This document shows, one piece after another, positions 16,981-27,487 of a DNA stretch of 64,000 nt. The DNA lies in contig DYQY01000003.1 of NCBI GenBank assembly GCA_020719045.1, forward strand, positions 62,149 to 126,148, written 5' to 3'. Source of the stretch: Candidatus Termititenax sp. Lineage in GTDB: Bacteria; Margulisbacteria; Riflemargulisbacteria; GWF2-35-9; DYQY01. The stretch's first letter is position 1. Each line of letters starts with the position of its first letter. Position numbers and translations under genes: made by a program. The notes beneath the pieces were generated by a model. That model was not told the DNA's origin. It searched no databases and saw nothing but the letters and a program-made list of their open reading frames with translations.

Positions 16981-18269
16981 GAAGCTAATTTTTTACAAGC
17001 ATCATATAAGTTTTCAAATAGTTCAGGAATTAATTCCTTCTGGATTGCAGAAAACGCTAACCTTATTACTCCCCCAAAACAAATTACACCTGTGCTATAT
17101 TCAGTCAATAATAGTTTCCTTAACTCTTCACAATCAACATCTACTAACTCCACACACATAAAATATCCTGAGTTAAATGGAAGTGGCTTAAAATATTTCG
17201 AATATTCCTTGTGCTCTTCTAAAATATTAACAACAACCTGATACCTTGACTTAAGGGTTTCATATTTCCTCTGTTTCTGTTCGATATATTTAGGATTAGC
17301 ATAAGCATTCATAAGCAATGACTGGGCAACATTTGAAGCACTAGAAATGCTCCCTCGAATAAGCCCTGCGGTCTTAGCTTCTAGCGCAGCATACAAATCA
17401 GAATCTCCGCCCTTTATTCCATAAGTAATAAATCCTATTCTAAAACCCCAGGCATAATCTTCTTTAGTTGCACCATCTACCTTAACGGCTAATACATTTT
17501 GATGCAAATCAGCTAATTCTGTAAAGAGTGACTCTTTATAAATATTCTTCTCATAAACCAAACCAAAATAAGCATCATCAAGGATTACAATTAGCTTATT
17601 ACCCATTTCCGCTGATTCTTTTATTATTCTAATTATTGCTTTTGCTTCTTCAATTGTTGGAGTATATCCTGTTGGATTATTTGGGAAATTAAGTAATACT
17701 ATTTTTTTTTCGTTACTTTTATTTATCATCTTTTTCTCAAATGATAAAATATCTAGCCCAGAACCTTTAAATGCACTATATAAATCAAATTTAACACCAA
17801 ATGGTTGCTCAAATACTAAATCATAGTTCTCCCAATATAAATTTGAAATAATTACTTCATCTTTTTTATTAAAAAACATCTGACCAATAATACTTAAGCC
17901 ATGAGTTAACGCATTAGTCACAACTGGCAAGCTAATTGTTTTATTATTTAAAGATGGATTTTTGTTATAAATAAATTCCTGCCACTTAGCTCTAATGTCT
18001 GATTTACCAAAACTTGGAGCATACAGAAAAATTTTCTCAGGAGACAACCCAATATTTGTTGTTAAACAGTCCAGCCTCATCGGAGACCCATCGTCCTCTG
18101 TTGCTATCCCCATTGTGGCATTTATCTTCTTACCATTAGCCTGTGCTGCTTGTGATAATATCCCACACTTAGGGAAAAAAGCCATCTTCCCTTGTTCACT
18201 TAATAGCTCATACACAACTGCATTCTTCTCTTGAATAATCGTATTCAATTCTAATGCTTGTTTATCCAT
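16977..18269 (-). CDS. class I/II PLP-dependent aminotransferase
   Basis: 430 aa with an NPTG motif (NFPNNPTGYTP) and the overall AAT-fold pattern. Confidence 0.7.
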   Translation of the reverse strand: MDKQALELNTIIQEKNAVVYELLSEQGKMAFFPKCGILSQAAQANGKKINATMGIATEDDGSPMRLDCLTTNIGLSPEKIFLYAPSFGKSDIRAKWQEFIYNKNPSLNNKTISLPVVTNALTHGLSIIGQMFFNKKDEVIISNLYWENYDLVFEQPFGVKFDLYSAFKGSGLDILSFEKKMINKSNEKKIVLLNFPNNPTGYTPTIEEAKAIIRIIKESAEMGNKLIVILDDAYFGLVYEKNIYKESLFTELADLHQNVLAVKVDGATKEDYAWGFRIGFITYGIKGGDSDLYAALEAKTAGLIRGSISSASNVAQSLLMNAYANPKYIEQKQRKYETLKSRYQVVVNILEEHKEYSKYFKPLPFNSGYFMCVELVDVDCEELRKLLLTEYSTGVICFGGVIRLAFSAIQKELIPELFENLYDACKKLAS

Positions 18270-18390
18270 TAATAGCTCCTTATAAAACCTATGAAATTAT
18301 AACATACAGTTAAATAACTATTATTAATATTTTCTTTGTTAATCAAGTATAAATAAAATATAATAGATATATTCGTTCTAGGGGGCAAAG

Positions 18391-19956
18391 ATGAACAAAA
18401 GACTCATTATTTTACTTATACTCATATTATTGTCTTCCTTTTTTCTTACTGGGTGTAAGGTCACACTTGAACAAGGTGATTTGCTTGAAAAAAACAACAA
18501 AACAACCGAAGCAGGTAATCTCTACTGGGAAATAGTAAAAGGTGATGCTACCTCATATTCCTATGAAACAAAACAAGAAGCAAAAAAAAGAATTATCCGA
18601 TTAAATTCTCAATCAATAATTCCAGAACTTAAAACAGAAATATTATCAAACAAAGATTCCAATTCAAAAACATTAATGTGCGACTTAATCATAGCACTCA
18701 ATAGTACACCAAACCATAAATGTATTGCCTTAGCTGGTCTAGCTGAAAAAACAAACCTCGATGCAAAAAAACACTACGCATCGGCTCTTTCAAGCATAGC
18801 CTCTGAAGAAACTACAACCATGATGATTTCTTTATATAGTGAAGCACAAGCCAACTATCAAAATGACCTTAAGGAGCAAAAATCAAAAGGTGTTACAGTT
18901 AACTTATATTCCAACAATCTACTCAGTTACTATCAGTTAGTTGCCTTATACAACCAACCAAAAACTCTTGACTTCTTGCTATCTATACTTGTGTCAAAGG
19001 ATGTTATTGACCGCCCTGGACTTATATCGGCTCTATCTCTTGTTGATGATCCTAAAATTATTGATTCAATATTAAGTATCTCTAAAACATTATCTGCTTC
19101 TGAAAAAGACGTCGTTACTAAACTCTTCTTGAACTCAAATGACCCCAGAACTTTTACCTTTCTAATTGGACAAGCTGTAACCAGTACAACTAATGAAAAA
19201 ACTATTATAGAAAAACTTGAAAAAAGCATAACAGCTTCTAATATTAAATACTTCTCAGCTACTTTTCAGGAACATAATTTTCAACTGAATAATAAAGCAG
19301 TTATAATAGCAAAATCATTAATAAAAAGTGTGCCATCCAAAGAAGCTGTTTCTGCTCTAACTCAATTACTACAACTTAAAGACGTTACAAAAAACGAAAC
19401 AACTTATGCAGAAATACAGGATATCTTAGCCTTCATAAATAAACATATGACAAAAGACAACCTTACAGACTTACTTTTAGCACTAAACAAGAATTTATCT
19501 ATTAAAAGCACTAGTGACTACTATGCTCTAGACGAACTTTTACAACAAAATATTAATATAATAAATAAATTCTACGATACTAATAGCTACCTTCAATCCT
19601 TTATGCTTGAACTTAAAACCCTAGCATCTGTTTATAAAGCAAAAGAAAAATTTGCTTCTTCTATTTATAAAGCGAGGGCATCCACTGAGCTAACAACAGT
19701 AAAGCTATTACTTGAGGAAATAGTTGAACTAACTGCTGTTATAACTAGCAATCAACCTGCTTCTAAGCTTCTTACTAACGTTAAATTCTTCGCTTCTAAA
19801 ATTGAAGATGCTGAATTAAAAAAGATACTTACATCAATAATAAAGGATAGCAATTATGAAAAAAACATTTCAAATGATGAAAGCCTTGATACCCTCTCTA
19901 TTCCAAATGCTATTAAATTAACTCCATCAACTGATATAATAGATGCAAATGAATAA
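18391..19956 (+). CDS. lipoprotein, function unknown
   Basis: Signal peptide with LTGC lipobox; 521 aa, helical-repeat-rich. Confidence 0.5.
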   Translation: MNKRLIILLILILLSSFFLTGCKVTLEQGDLLEKNNKTTEAGNLYWEIVKGDATSYSYETKQEAKKRIIRLNSQSIIPELKTEILSNKDSNSKTLMCDLIIALNSTPNHKCIALAGLAEKTNLDAKKHYASALSSIASEETTTMMISLYSEAQANYQNDLKEQKSKGVTVNLYSNNLLSYYQLVALYNQPKTLDFLLSILVSKDVIDRPGLISALSLVDDPKIIDSILSISKTLSASEKDVVTKLFLNSNDPRTFTFLIGQAVTSTTNEKTIIEKLEKSITASNIKYFSATFQEHNFQLNNKAVIIAKSLIKSVPSKEAVSALTQLLQLKDVTKNETTYAEIQDILAFINKHMTKDNLTDLLLALNKNLSIKSTSDYYALDELLQQNINIINKFYDTNSYLQSFMLELKTLASVYKAKEKFASSIYKARASTELTTVKLLLEEIVELTAVITSNQPASKLLTNVKFFASKIEDAELKKILTSIIKDSNYEKNISNDESLDTLSIPNAIKLTPSTDIIDANE

Positions 19957-20758
19957 AATTAACCACCTTCTATTTTTATGCCTTTTGCTCTCAACTGGTT
20001 TTACATACAACCTCACGAGTGTTTCTGACATTAGTACTGGAAAATCAAACATTGCACTTATCACTAATCATGAAGCATTGCTGATTAATCCCGCTTTTTT
20101 ACATCAAACAAAATTTGCTTTCAGTACTCAAACAATTGATACAACAGGCATTAAAACTAAATCTCACGGCCTTAACTATATGGTCGTTAACGGGTTAGCT
20201 TTTGGAGAAATGCGTAGAGAAGAACTTAACAGTAAAAACATTACCGTTGGACTATTTGGTTATGGATCTAAAATAAACAAAAACTTCTCCTGGGGAATAA
20301 CTTACGAAACCATCACTATTAAAGAAAACGGCATTTCTAATTCATCATGGTCTACGCTTCTTGGAATGAACTATAGCGACCCAAAAAGTAATCTCTATCT
20401 TGGAGTAACACTTGAACATTTCTTTAAAGACACCAACAGCACCCTCGATGCAGATTTACCACCAACAATTGCTTTTGGATTTAACTTTGTACCTTGGAAT
20501 CAAATAATGTGGTCAAACAAACTTAGCTTTGTAAGAAGAACAGGCGAACAGATTAAATACAACTCTGGTATTTCTGTTATGGTTAACGACAGCATAATGC
20601 TCAACTGTGGTGCCAGCGAGACTGGCTATGCTCTTGGTTTCGACCTTCCTTTAGTATTTGATCAGAAGGGACTTGGCTCACTCAGGTATGCAATTGATGT
20701 ACCTTATGCAATAAACGAAAAAATGGTTTATTCTTTCTGCTACACTTGGGGCAAATAA
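19943..20758 (+). CDS. secreted / outer-membrane-associated hypothetical protein
   Basis: Signal peptide and a beta-strand-rich alternating pattern; overlaps the upstream lipoprotein gene by 14 nt. Confidence 0.4.
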   Translation: MQMNKINHLLFLCLLLSTGFTYNLTSVSDISTGKSNIALITNHEALLINPAFLHQTKFAFSTQTIDTTGIKTKSHGLNYMVVNGLAFGEMRREELNSKNITVGLFGYGSKINKNFSWGITYETITIKENGISNSSWSTLLGMNYSDPKSNLYLGVTLEHFFKDTNSTLDADLPPTIAFGFNFVPWNQIMWSNKLSFVRRTGEQIKYNSGISVMVNDSIMLNCGASETGYALGFDLPLVFDQKGLGSLRYAIDVPYAINEKMVYSFCYTWGK

Positions 20759-20761
20759 CTC

Positions 20762-21367
20762 CTAAGCTCCTGCCTCGCTGATAGCCTTATCAATACCTTT
20801 TTCTAAAATACTTTCTGCAATTTTGGGTATACTATTTAAGACCTTTTGAAGCTCCTGAGATTCTTCTTTGCTAAACTTACTCAGCACATGACCACTCAAG
20901 TCCTTACCATCTCGTTCATCGCCTATCCCAATCTTTATTCTTGGGAATTTTTGCCCGATTGCCTCAATAATTGACTTAATTCCATTATGTCCTCCAGCTG
21001 ACCCTTGCTTACGAATTCTTATCTTTGCAAAAGGTAAAGCAATATCATCATATATAACTATAAAATCAGTTGGCTGGCATTTATATAACGTACAAATAGC
21101 CTGAACGGCTTTACCGCTAAGATTCATATACGTAAGTGGTTTTATAAAATATATCTTACGCCCATCAACGAATGCTTCATATGACTGATAAGCTCCTTTT
21201 TTTGAACCCTTTTCGACTGCTTGCCAATAGTCTATCATCACGTCTAACGCCATATAACCAACATTATGCCTAGTTTTAGCATATTCTGAACCAGGATTAC
21301 CTAGCCCAACAAAAAATAGCTTATTTGATGCATCTCCCATCTCCGCCGATTTAAAAAATTTCAACAT
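20762..21367 (-). CDS. pth: peptidyl-tRNA hydrolase
   Basis: FVGLGNPG...RHNVG...GHNG motifs. Confidence 0.9.
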   Translation of the reverse strand: MLKFFKSAEMGDASNKLFFVGLGNPGSEYAKTRHNVGYMALDVMIDYWQAVEKGSKKGAYQSYEAFVDGRKIYFIKPLTYMNLSGKAVQAICTLYKCQPTDFIVIYDDIALPFAKIRIRKQGSAGGHNGIKSIIEAIGQKFPRIKIGIGDERDGKDLSGHVLSKFSKEESQELQKVLNSIPKIAESILEKGIDKAISEAGA

Positions 21368-21466
21368 TTAATTATCACCTTCATTTGTATTTTACAGAAT
21401 CTTATTGCTTGAGTATAGCTTCATTTAAACATATCCTTTAAACTAATCATAAATTAATGTGTTATA

Positions 21467-21898
21467 TTGACTTCTGAAAAGGAAATAAACTTGGAAAAAA
21501 TATATAATAAATACCGTCTTAATCATAACCAAAGAAAAGAGGCCGAGGAAATAATCCAGGAGCTGATGCTTAAAGACACCAATCTTACTATTTCGTACTT
21601 CGAGAATTTTGAAGCTGATACTAATCAAATATCCTCAGCCTTCATAACCTATCTTCGAGAGATAAGATACCCGCAATATTCTTTGTATCATAAAGAGCTA
21701 TCAGCTTTACTTGATGCTATTCATAATAATAACCAACTATTTAGAGTTATCTACAATGACAATTTTGAAAGTGATGAATATCAAATAAGCCCGCTTAGTC
21801 CGTCACATTCTTCGACCGATATAGATAAAAAACTAGAAGAAAAAAAAGAATATCTTAATAAACTAAGCAATTTAATTAAAGGAAACTTGCCACTATGA
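21467..21898 (+). CDS. hypothetical small helical protein (TTG start as given by track; true start uncertain)
   Basis: 143 aa; shares ATGA overlap with the downstream rSAM gene. Confidence 0.3.
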   Translation: MTSEKEINLEKIYNKYRLNHNQRKEAEEIIQELMLKDTNLTISYFENFEADTNQISSAFITYLREIRYPQYSLYHKELSALLDAIHNNNQLFRVIYNDNFESDEYQISPLSPSHSSTDIDKKLEEKKEYLNKLSNLIKGNLPL

Positions 21899-22977
21899 CC
21901 AAACAAAACACTATCATCACCAAGCTATTAATAAATGAAAAGGTCCTTCATTCACCTTTAACTAAAAGAATACAAAGCAAATTACCTTCTGTAGAAACAA
22001 TCGTTTTCCAAGAAAATGATATGAAAAAAACGCTTCAAACGAATGATGGTCCCACAACGCTTCTCCTTACAAACCTAAAAGGACAGCCTATAATAATGTG
22101 TCCAGGCACTACAAAGTACCACTGCTGTAACTACAGAATATTAAACATAGGTCACAACTGTACTTTTAACTGCACATACTGCATTCTTCAAGACTACCTA
22201 AAAACAAAATCACTCTCAGTATTTACTGATATACCAGAATATATGCAAAAAAATATAATAGAAAAGAACATATCGGCTGAAAGCCTTTACAGAATTGGGA
22301 CTGGCGAGTTTACTGATAGCTTAATTATTGATGATATTACAGAACTATCCTCTGATTTAGTTAATTTTTTTAGAGATTACCCAAATGTCTTGCTCGAATT
22401 TAAAACCAAATCCTTAAATATAGACACTTTACTTAAGTTAAAACCAGCAAGTAACATTATTGTGGCTTGGTCAGTAAACTCATCCTTAATCTCTAACATC
22501 ATTGAAAGCGACTCTCCTTCTCTAGATGAAAGGCTTGAAGCCGCCAAAATAATTGCAAAACATGGATATGATGTTGCTATCCACTTCGACCCAATGATAC
22601 TTTATGAAAATTACTTTGACGATTATCAGGTTACTATCCAGAAAATCTATAAAGCTATCCCTAAAGAAAAAATCCGCTGGATTAGTATAGGAACTTTAAG
22701 GTTCACAAAAGGACTTAAATCAACCTTCCTTAAAAAAAGCCCTCTATTTATCGATGAGTTCATTCTTGCTGATGATCAGAAGTTTAGATACCTTAGATTT
22801 CGTAGAGAAAAAGCTTATAAGGAAATGGTTAAAGAAATTAGAAACCATAACCCAAACCAATTTATTTACCTTTGCATGGAATCTGCTACTGTCTGGAAGA
22901 ACGTATTTGGCTTCAACTTCAAAGACAATGAAGAATTTGAGAATTGGTTCAATGAAAAGGTCTTCACGCATCTATGA
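21895..22977 (+). CDS. radical SAM protein, spore-photoproduct-lyase (SplB)/DNA photolyase-like family
   Basis: Canonical CX3CX2C motif with SPL-like context (HNCTFNCTYCILQDY); 360 aa. Confidence 0.65.
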   Translation: MTKQNTIITKLLINEKVLHSPLTKRIQSKLPSVETIVFQENDMKKTLQTNDGPTTLLLTNLKGQPIIMCPGTTKYHCCNYRILNIGHNCTFNCTYCILQDYLKTKSLSVFTDIPEYMQKNIIEKNISAESLYRIGTGEFTDSLIIDDITELSSDLVNFFRDYPNVLLEFKTKSLNIDTLLKLKPASNIIVAWSVNSSLISNIIESDSPSLDERLEAAKIIAKHGYDVAIHFDPMILYENYFDDYQVTIQKIYKAIPKEKIRWISIGTLRFTKGLKSTFLKKSPLFIDEFILADDQKFRYLRFRREKAYKEMVKEIRNHNPNQFIYLCMESATVWKNVFGFNFKDNEEFENWFNEKVFTHL

Positions 22978-23819
22978 CAAATAAACTAGGACTTGGTACT
23001 TGGCAATATGGGAAACATTTCTGGGGCGACGTCAAAGACGATGAAAGCCTTACAATTATCAAACATGCTATTGATAGTGAAATATCCTTAATTGATACTG
23101 CACCTGTCTATGGTGACGGTCATTCAGAAGAAATAGTAGGAAAAGGAATAAAAGGGAAAAGGGGGAAAGTTTTTCTTGCGACTAAATGTGGTCTAATCCA
23201 CAACCAAAAAGGATATTTCCACGACCTAACGGCAGAGTCCTTAGAAAAGGAGCTATATTTATCTTTGAAAAGGCTTCAAGTAGATTATCTTGACCTCTAC
23301 CAAATCCACTGGCCAGACATTAACTACCCTACAGATAAAGCCATAGAAACTCTGCTCAAATTTAAAGAAAAAGAACTAATACTAAATGTAGGAGTTTGCA
23401 ATTTAGAGCTAAAGGAACTTAGCACACTAGAGTTACTTCCTGAGCTATACTCCTTGCAAATAAAATTCTCCATACTTGAGCAAGATGAGCAAAAGCCAAT
23501 ACTTGATTTTTGCAAATCACATAAATTAGTAAGTCTAACTTATGGTGCTTTTGAAGGTGGACTACTGCTTGATAAATACAATTCACCGGAGGACATCCCT
23601 CAGAAATCTGCCAAAAACTTTTTCTACCAAGGCAAAAACCCAAAGATATGGCAAAACATCCAAAAAATAATAAATGAACAAAAACTATTGGCAAAACAAA
23701 AAAATACTTCTCTTTCAAAACAAATATTAGCAACAACTATCGAACAATCCAAAGCGTCCTACTCCCTAATAGGATGCAGGACGCTAAATCAACTAAAAGA
23801 AAACCTCTCTCCCCTTTAA
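22974..23819 (+). CDS. aldo/keto reductase
   Basis: LGLGTWQYG and IDTAPVYGDGHSEEIVG AKR signature motifs; overlaps the upstream gene (ATGA). Confidence 0.8.
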   Translation: MTNKLGLGTWQYGKHFWGDVKDDESLTIIKHAIDSEISLIDTAPVYGDGHSEEIVGKGIKGKRGKVFLATKCGLIHNQKGYFHDLTAESLEKELYLSLKRLQVDYLDLYQIHWPDINYPTDKAIETLLKFKEKELILNVGVCNLELKELSTLELLPELYSLQIKFSILEQDEQKPILDFCKSHKLVSLTYGAFEGGLLLDKYNSPEDIPQKSAKNFFYQGKNPKIWQNIQKIINEQKLLAKQKNTSLSKQILATTIEQSKASYSLIGCRTLNQLKENLSPL

Positions 23820-23868
23820 AAAAGCAGACCATTGACTAAGTGACCACTTTTTATGTACTATACTTATC

Positions 23869-24462
23869 ATGACAAATATTCTTGAAAACATCATTCAATC
23901 CAAAGTAAAAAGAAAACTTCTAGAGCTCTTTCTATTCAATAACAACAAGAACTACCACACCAGAGAATTAAGCAGACTCATTAATGAACCAATTTCTGCA
24001 GTACAGAGAGAAACCAAGAAACTTGTTGATGCCCAAATCATTCATCGCTACCCACAAGGCAACCAAGTAAATTATTTTGTTAACACACAAAACCCTTTTT
24101 ATGATGACCTAAAAAGAGTAATACTTAAAGCAACTACAGAACCTAAAAACATTTTTAAGCTTTTAGTTAAAACAAAATCACTAGAGATTGTACTACTTCA
24201 TGGACAAACCGTTAAAAGCCCTATGGACTATTCGCATCCTATCCAACTTCTTGTAGTTGGAACATTAGGAAAAGAAGTTGTAGAAGAGTACCTAAAAGCA
24301 ACAATGGAAATATTTAACCGAGAATATGATTTGCTATACTATTCTCCAAAAGAATTTTCTCTCTTTAAAGAAACCGACAAAACCCTTCAGCAAATATTCA
24401 AAACCAAAAAAAATGTACTCTATTTAAAAGGCACTTCGACTCCGTTCAGTGACCTTGAATAA
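23869..24462 (+). CDS. hypothetical protein with N-terminal winged-helix-like region
   Basis: 197 aa, HTH-like N-terminus (HTRELSRLINEPISAVQRETKKL). Confidence 0.35.
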   Translation: MTNILENIIQSKVKRKLLELFLFNNNKNYHTRELSRLINEPISAVQRETKKLVDAQIIHRYPQGNQVNYFVNTQNPFYDDLKRVILKATTEPKNIFKLLVKTKSLEIVLLHGQTVKSPMDYSHPIQLLVVGTLGKEVVEEYLKATMEIFNREYDLLYYSPKEFSLFKETDKTLQQIFKTKKNVLYLKGTSTPFSDLE

Positions 24463-24464
24463 CA

Positions 24465-25487
24465 CTACAATTTTACATAGTATTTTCCCGGTATCTGCCT
24501 AACTAGCCCCTGCATCTCTAAAAACGATAAAATAGTTAATAATTTCTTTGTTTCTATTGCTGTCTTTTCACCTAACGAATCTATATACATTGGCTCTAAA
24601 GAAAGCACCTCATACACCTGCTTTTCCTGTGCTGTAAGCTTATACGGTATCTCTTTTTCAATACTTTTCTTAGGCACCAACCAATTAAGCTCTTCCACAA
24701 TATCGCTGGCCGAGCTTATTAGCTTCGCACCTTGCCTAATAAGCTTATTTGGCCCCTGACTATTTGTATCTGTTGCTCTACCTGGAACAGCAAAAACCTC
24801 TCGATTATAATCAACAGCAAGATTCGCAGTAATCATTGAACCACCTGAAACCTTAGACTCAACCACAACCACTCCACGAGCTAGGCCTGCAATAATTCTG
24901 TTTCGAATTGGAAAAGTGCTTTTATCTGGATGAACATCTGGCGAAAATTCAGTAATCACAACACCTTTTTCAAAAATCTCTTTATACAAATCCCTGTTAG
25001 TAGCTGGAAATTGAAACTTTAACCCAGAACCAATTACGGCAATTGTTTGACCTGACTCAAGCGCACCTCTATGAGCAGAGGCATCGATTCCTTCAGCTAA
25101 CCCACTTACTACCACACATCCATATGATGCCAGTTCCTTCGATAAATCATAAGCAAAACTAAGCCCATGCGGCGTTGCAAGCCTTGTTCCAACAATAGCA
25201 ATAGAGGTACTACTTTTTAAAATATCGGTATTTCCTTTTGCATAAATAAGCACTGGAGGGTCAGGTATTTGCTTTAATAGTGATGGATAAAACATACTAG
25301 TAAAAATAATTATTTCAGAATTATTTTTATAACAATAATCCTTAATCTCTTCAACCTCGGACCTCTTCTGTTTCAATATTTTCTGGAAACCATTTAAGTC
25401 TTGGTCTGTAGTTACAGCTTCTAAGAACTCTCTCTTTTCTCTTGCTGATGATAGCGATACTGCAATAAAGAGATCTAGGCTATCCAT
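24465..25487 (-). CDS. dprA: DNA processing protein A (DprA/Smf)
   Basis: IAIVGTRLATPHGL...VVSGLAEGIDASAHRGAL Rossmann-like DprA core. Confidence 0.85.
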   Translation of the reverse strand: MDSLDLFIAVSLSSAREKREFLEAVTTDQDLNGFQKILKQKRSEVEEIKDYCYKNNSEIIIFTSMFYPSLLKQIPDPPVLIYAKGNTDILKSSTSIAIVGTRLATPHGLSFAYDLSKELASYGCVVVSGLAEGIDASAHRGALESGQTIAVIGSGLKFQFPATNRDLYKEIFEKGVVITEFSPDVHPDKSTFPIRNRIIAGLARGVVVVESKVSGGSMITANLAVDYNREVFAVPGRATDTNSQGPNKLIRQGAKLISSASDIVEELNWLVPKKSIEKEIPYKLTAQEKQVYEVLSLEPMYIDSLGEKTAIETKKLLTILSFLEMQGLVRQIPGKYYVKL

Positions 25488-26616
25488 TACAGTGAGACCT
25501 AATATAGTGTCTTGCTTCTTTATCTACTTCAATTATCGTATCAAGTGAAGGAGCATTTATCCTTGAATGAGAACTCATAGCTCTATCTACCAGCTCTGTA
25601 ATCTGCAAAAATGAACATTTTCCATTTAGGAACATAGCAACTGCTTCTTCGTTTGCGCTATTAAAGTAAGCAGGCAACGAACCACCTAATGCTCCTGCTT
25701 CATACGCTAAAGCCAAACCCTTAAATTTCTTTAAATCAGGTTCATAAAAATCTAGCTGCTTTCCGGCTAAAAGCAAATTACTATTCTGATATGACAATAT
25801 TTCACCTCTACTAATTGCATAAAGTATCGGCATCCTCATGTCTGGTGCACTCATCTGTGAAACCATCGCGCCATTTATATATTCGACCAGTCCATGAACT
25901 ATGCTCTGTGGATGGATAACAACCTTTATTTTGTTATATTCAACTCCGAACAACCAATGAGCCTCTATAACCTCAAGTCCTTTATTTATCATCGTTGCAC
26001 TATCAATAGAAATCTTCTTACCCATAGACCAATTTGGATGTGCTAAAGCATCTGCAATACTAACTGTTGATAGTTCATCTCTATTCCAGAAAGGTCCTCC
26101 AGACGCAGTAAGAACAATGTTTTTTATATCCTTTTTTTGATAACCTCTCAAACAAAGGGAAATAGCAACATGCTCGCTATCTATTGGATATAATGTTGTC
26201 TTTGATTTCTTAAGAGCTTCATTAACTAAATGACCAGCTGCAACTAAAACTTCTTTGGAAGCAATAGCTAAATCTTTACCTTTACTAATAACTTTCATGG
26301 TTGGCAAAAGAGCTGCGATACCTACTATAGAAACAACCGCCATATCATATTCATCTATCTCAACTAAATCATTAAGCGCATTTTTTCCATCAAAGAATAC
26401 TATTTTAGGGAACTCATTTTTAAGAGCAGTTACATCTATCTTCCCACTAACTGCTACATATAAAGGCGAATAAGCTACTATCTGTTTTTTGAGTAGCTTT
26501 ACATTCTCATGGCAACTAATACCAACCAAACTAAACGTATCTTTGTTTTGACTAATTACTTCAAGAGCTTGAACACCAATCGTACCAGTTGAGCCAAGGA
26601 TAATAACCCTATTCAC
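25480..26616 (-). CDS. dxr: 1-deoxy-D-xylulose 5-phosphate reductoisomerase
   Basis: ILGSTGTIG NADPH-binding N-terminus and full Dxr length. Confidence 0.9.
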   Translation of the reverse strand: MNRVIILGSTGTIGVQALEVISQNKDTFSLVGISCHENVKLLKKQIVAYSPLYVAVSGKIDVTALKNEFPKIVFFDGKNALNDLVEIDEYDMAVVSIVGIAALLPTMKVISKGKDLAIASKEVLVAAGHLVNEALKKSKTTLYPIDSEHVAISLCLRGYQKKDIKNIVLTASGGPFWNRDELSTVSIADALAHPNWSMGKKISIDSATMINKGLEVIEAHWLFGVEYNKIKVVIHPQSIVHGLVEYINGAMVSQMSAPDMRMPILYAISRGEILSYQNSNLLLAGKQLDFYEPDLKKFKGLALAYEAGALGGSLPAYFNSANEEAVAMFLNGKCSFLQITELVDRAMSSHSRINAPSLDTIIEVDKEARHYIRSHCNG

Positions 26617-26617
26617 A

Positions 26618-27487
26618 TTAGGCTCCTAAAAAGTAAAGATAATAAAAAACTATAGGTGCTAATAAAATAAAGCTATCAGCTCTATCCATTATTCCACCAT
26701 GTCCAGGAAGGATATTACTTGAATCCTTAACGCCATAAGTTCTTTTAATAAGAGACTCATACAAATCTCCTGTTTGCCCTATAATACCAATAATCGCTCC
26801 TAGGATAATACTATGTGTTAATGGAAAACTTCCAATACTAGACAACATAATGCTTGATGCAACAACCGCAGCTAAAAATCCAGCTATAGCTCCTTCAGTT
26901 GACTTTTTAGGACTAATCTCTGACAACTCATGACGACCAAAAGACATTCCTATTAGGTAAGCAGAAATATCCATTGCCCAAACTGTTAAGGCAAAATACA
27001 AAACCAAAGCTTTCCCGTGATAAAAGTTTCTTATTAAAACAAAAAATGATAAGCACCAACCTATGTAAAGAATAGCTCGAAAATTTACTAACTCCTTTTG
27101 CTTATAAAAAAGTAATTTCTTTGTATAAAGCTCGTATAAAGAAATTATTACAACAGCAATTGATACACCAAAAGCTATTGGGTTTAGCCATATAAAAGAC
27201 ATTTCCTTAAAAAAAGCTAAAAATATAATAGTAATAACAACCGCATGACCAACAAGATAAAATGTTCCATCAAAATTCTTATCCACCATATGCAAAAACT
27301 CATTAAGCATTAGTATTGCTAAAGCAATAACAAAAATCAGATAAGGAAGTCCTTCATAAAAAATAAAAGTTGGATCATTGATAAGCAAAACAGGGTTCAT
27401 AATTAATATTACAAACGGAATAGTTACCGCTATAGTTACTAATCTTTTTAATAATTTACCCAATGAAAACTTTCTAGTAAGAACCAT
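26618..27487 (-). CDS. cdsA: phosphatidate cytidylyltransferase
   Basis: 289 aa polytopic protein with the C-terminal CdsA signature region (GHGGIMDRADS). Confidence 0.85.
   Translation of the reverse strand: MVLTRKFSLGKLLKRLVTIAVTIPFVILIMNPVLLINDPTFIFYEGLPYLIFVIALAILMLNEFLHMVDKNFDGTFYLVGHAVVITIIFLAFFKEMSFIWLNPIAFGVSIAVVIISLYELYTKKLLFYKQKELVNFRAILYIGWCLSFFVLIRNFYHGKALVLYFALTVWAMDISAYLIGMSFGRHELSEISPKKSTEGAIAGFLAAVVASSIMLSSIGSFPLTHSIILGAIIGIIGQTGDLYESLIKRTYGVKDSSNILPGHGGIMDRADSFILLAPIVFYYLYFLGA

Noticed and set aside
21467-21570. Alternative downstream ATG start (MLKDTNL...) for the small ORF given as TTG-initiated at 21467.
   Set aside because: Neither candidate has a clear RBS, so the start cannot be resolved from sequence alone. 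Track coordinates are kept with low confidence.
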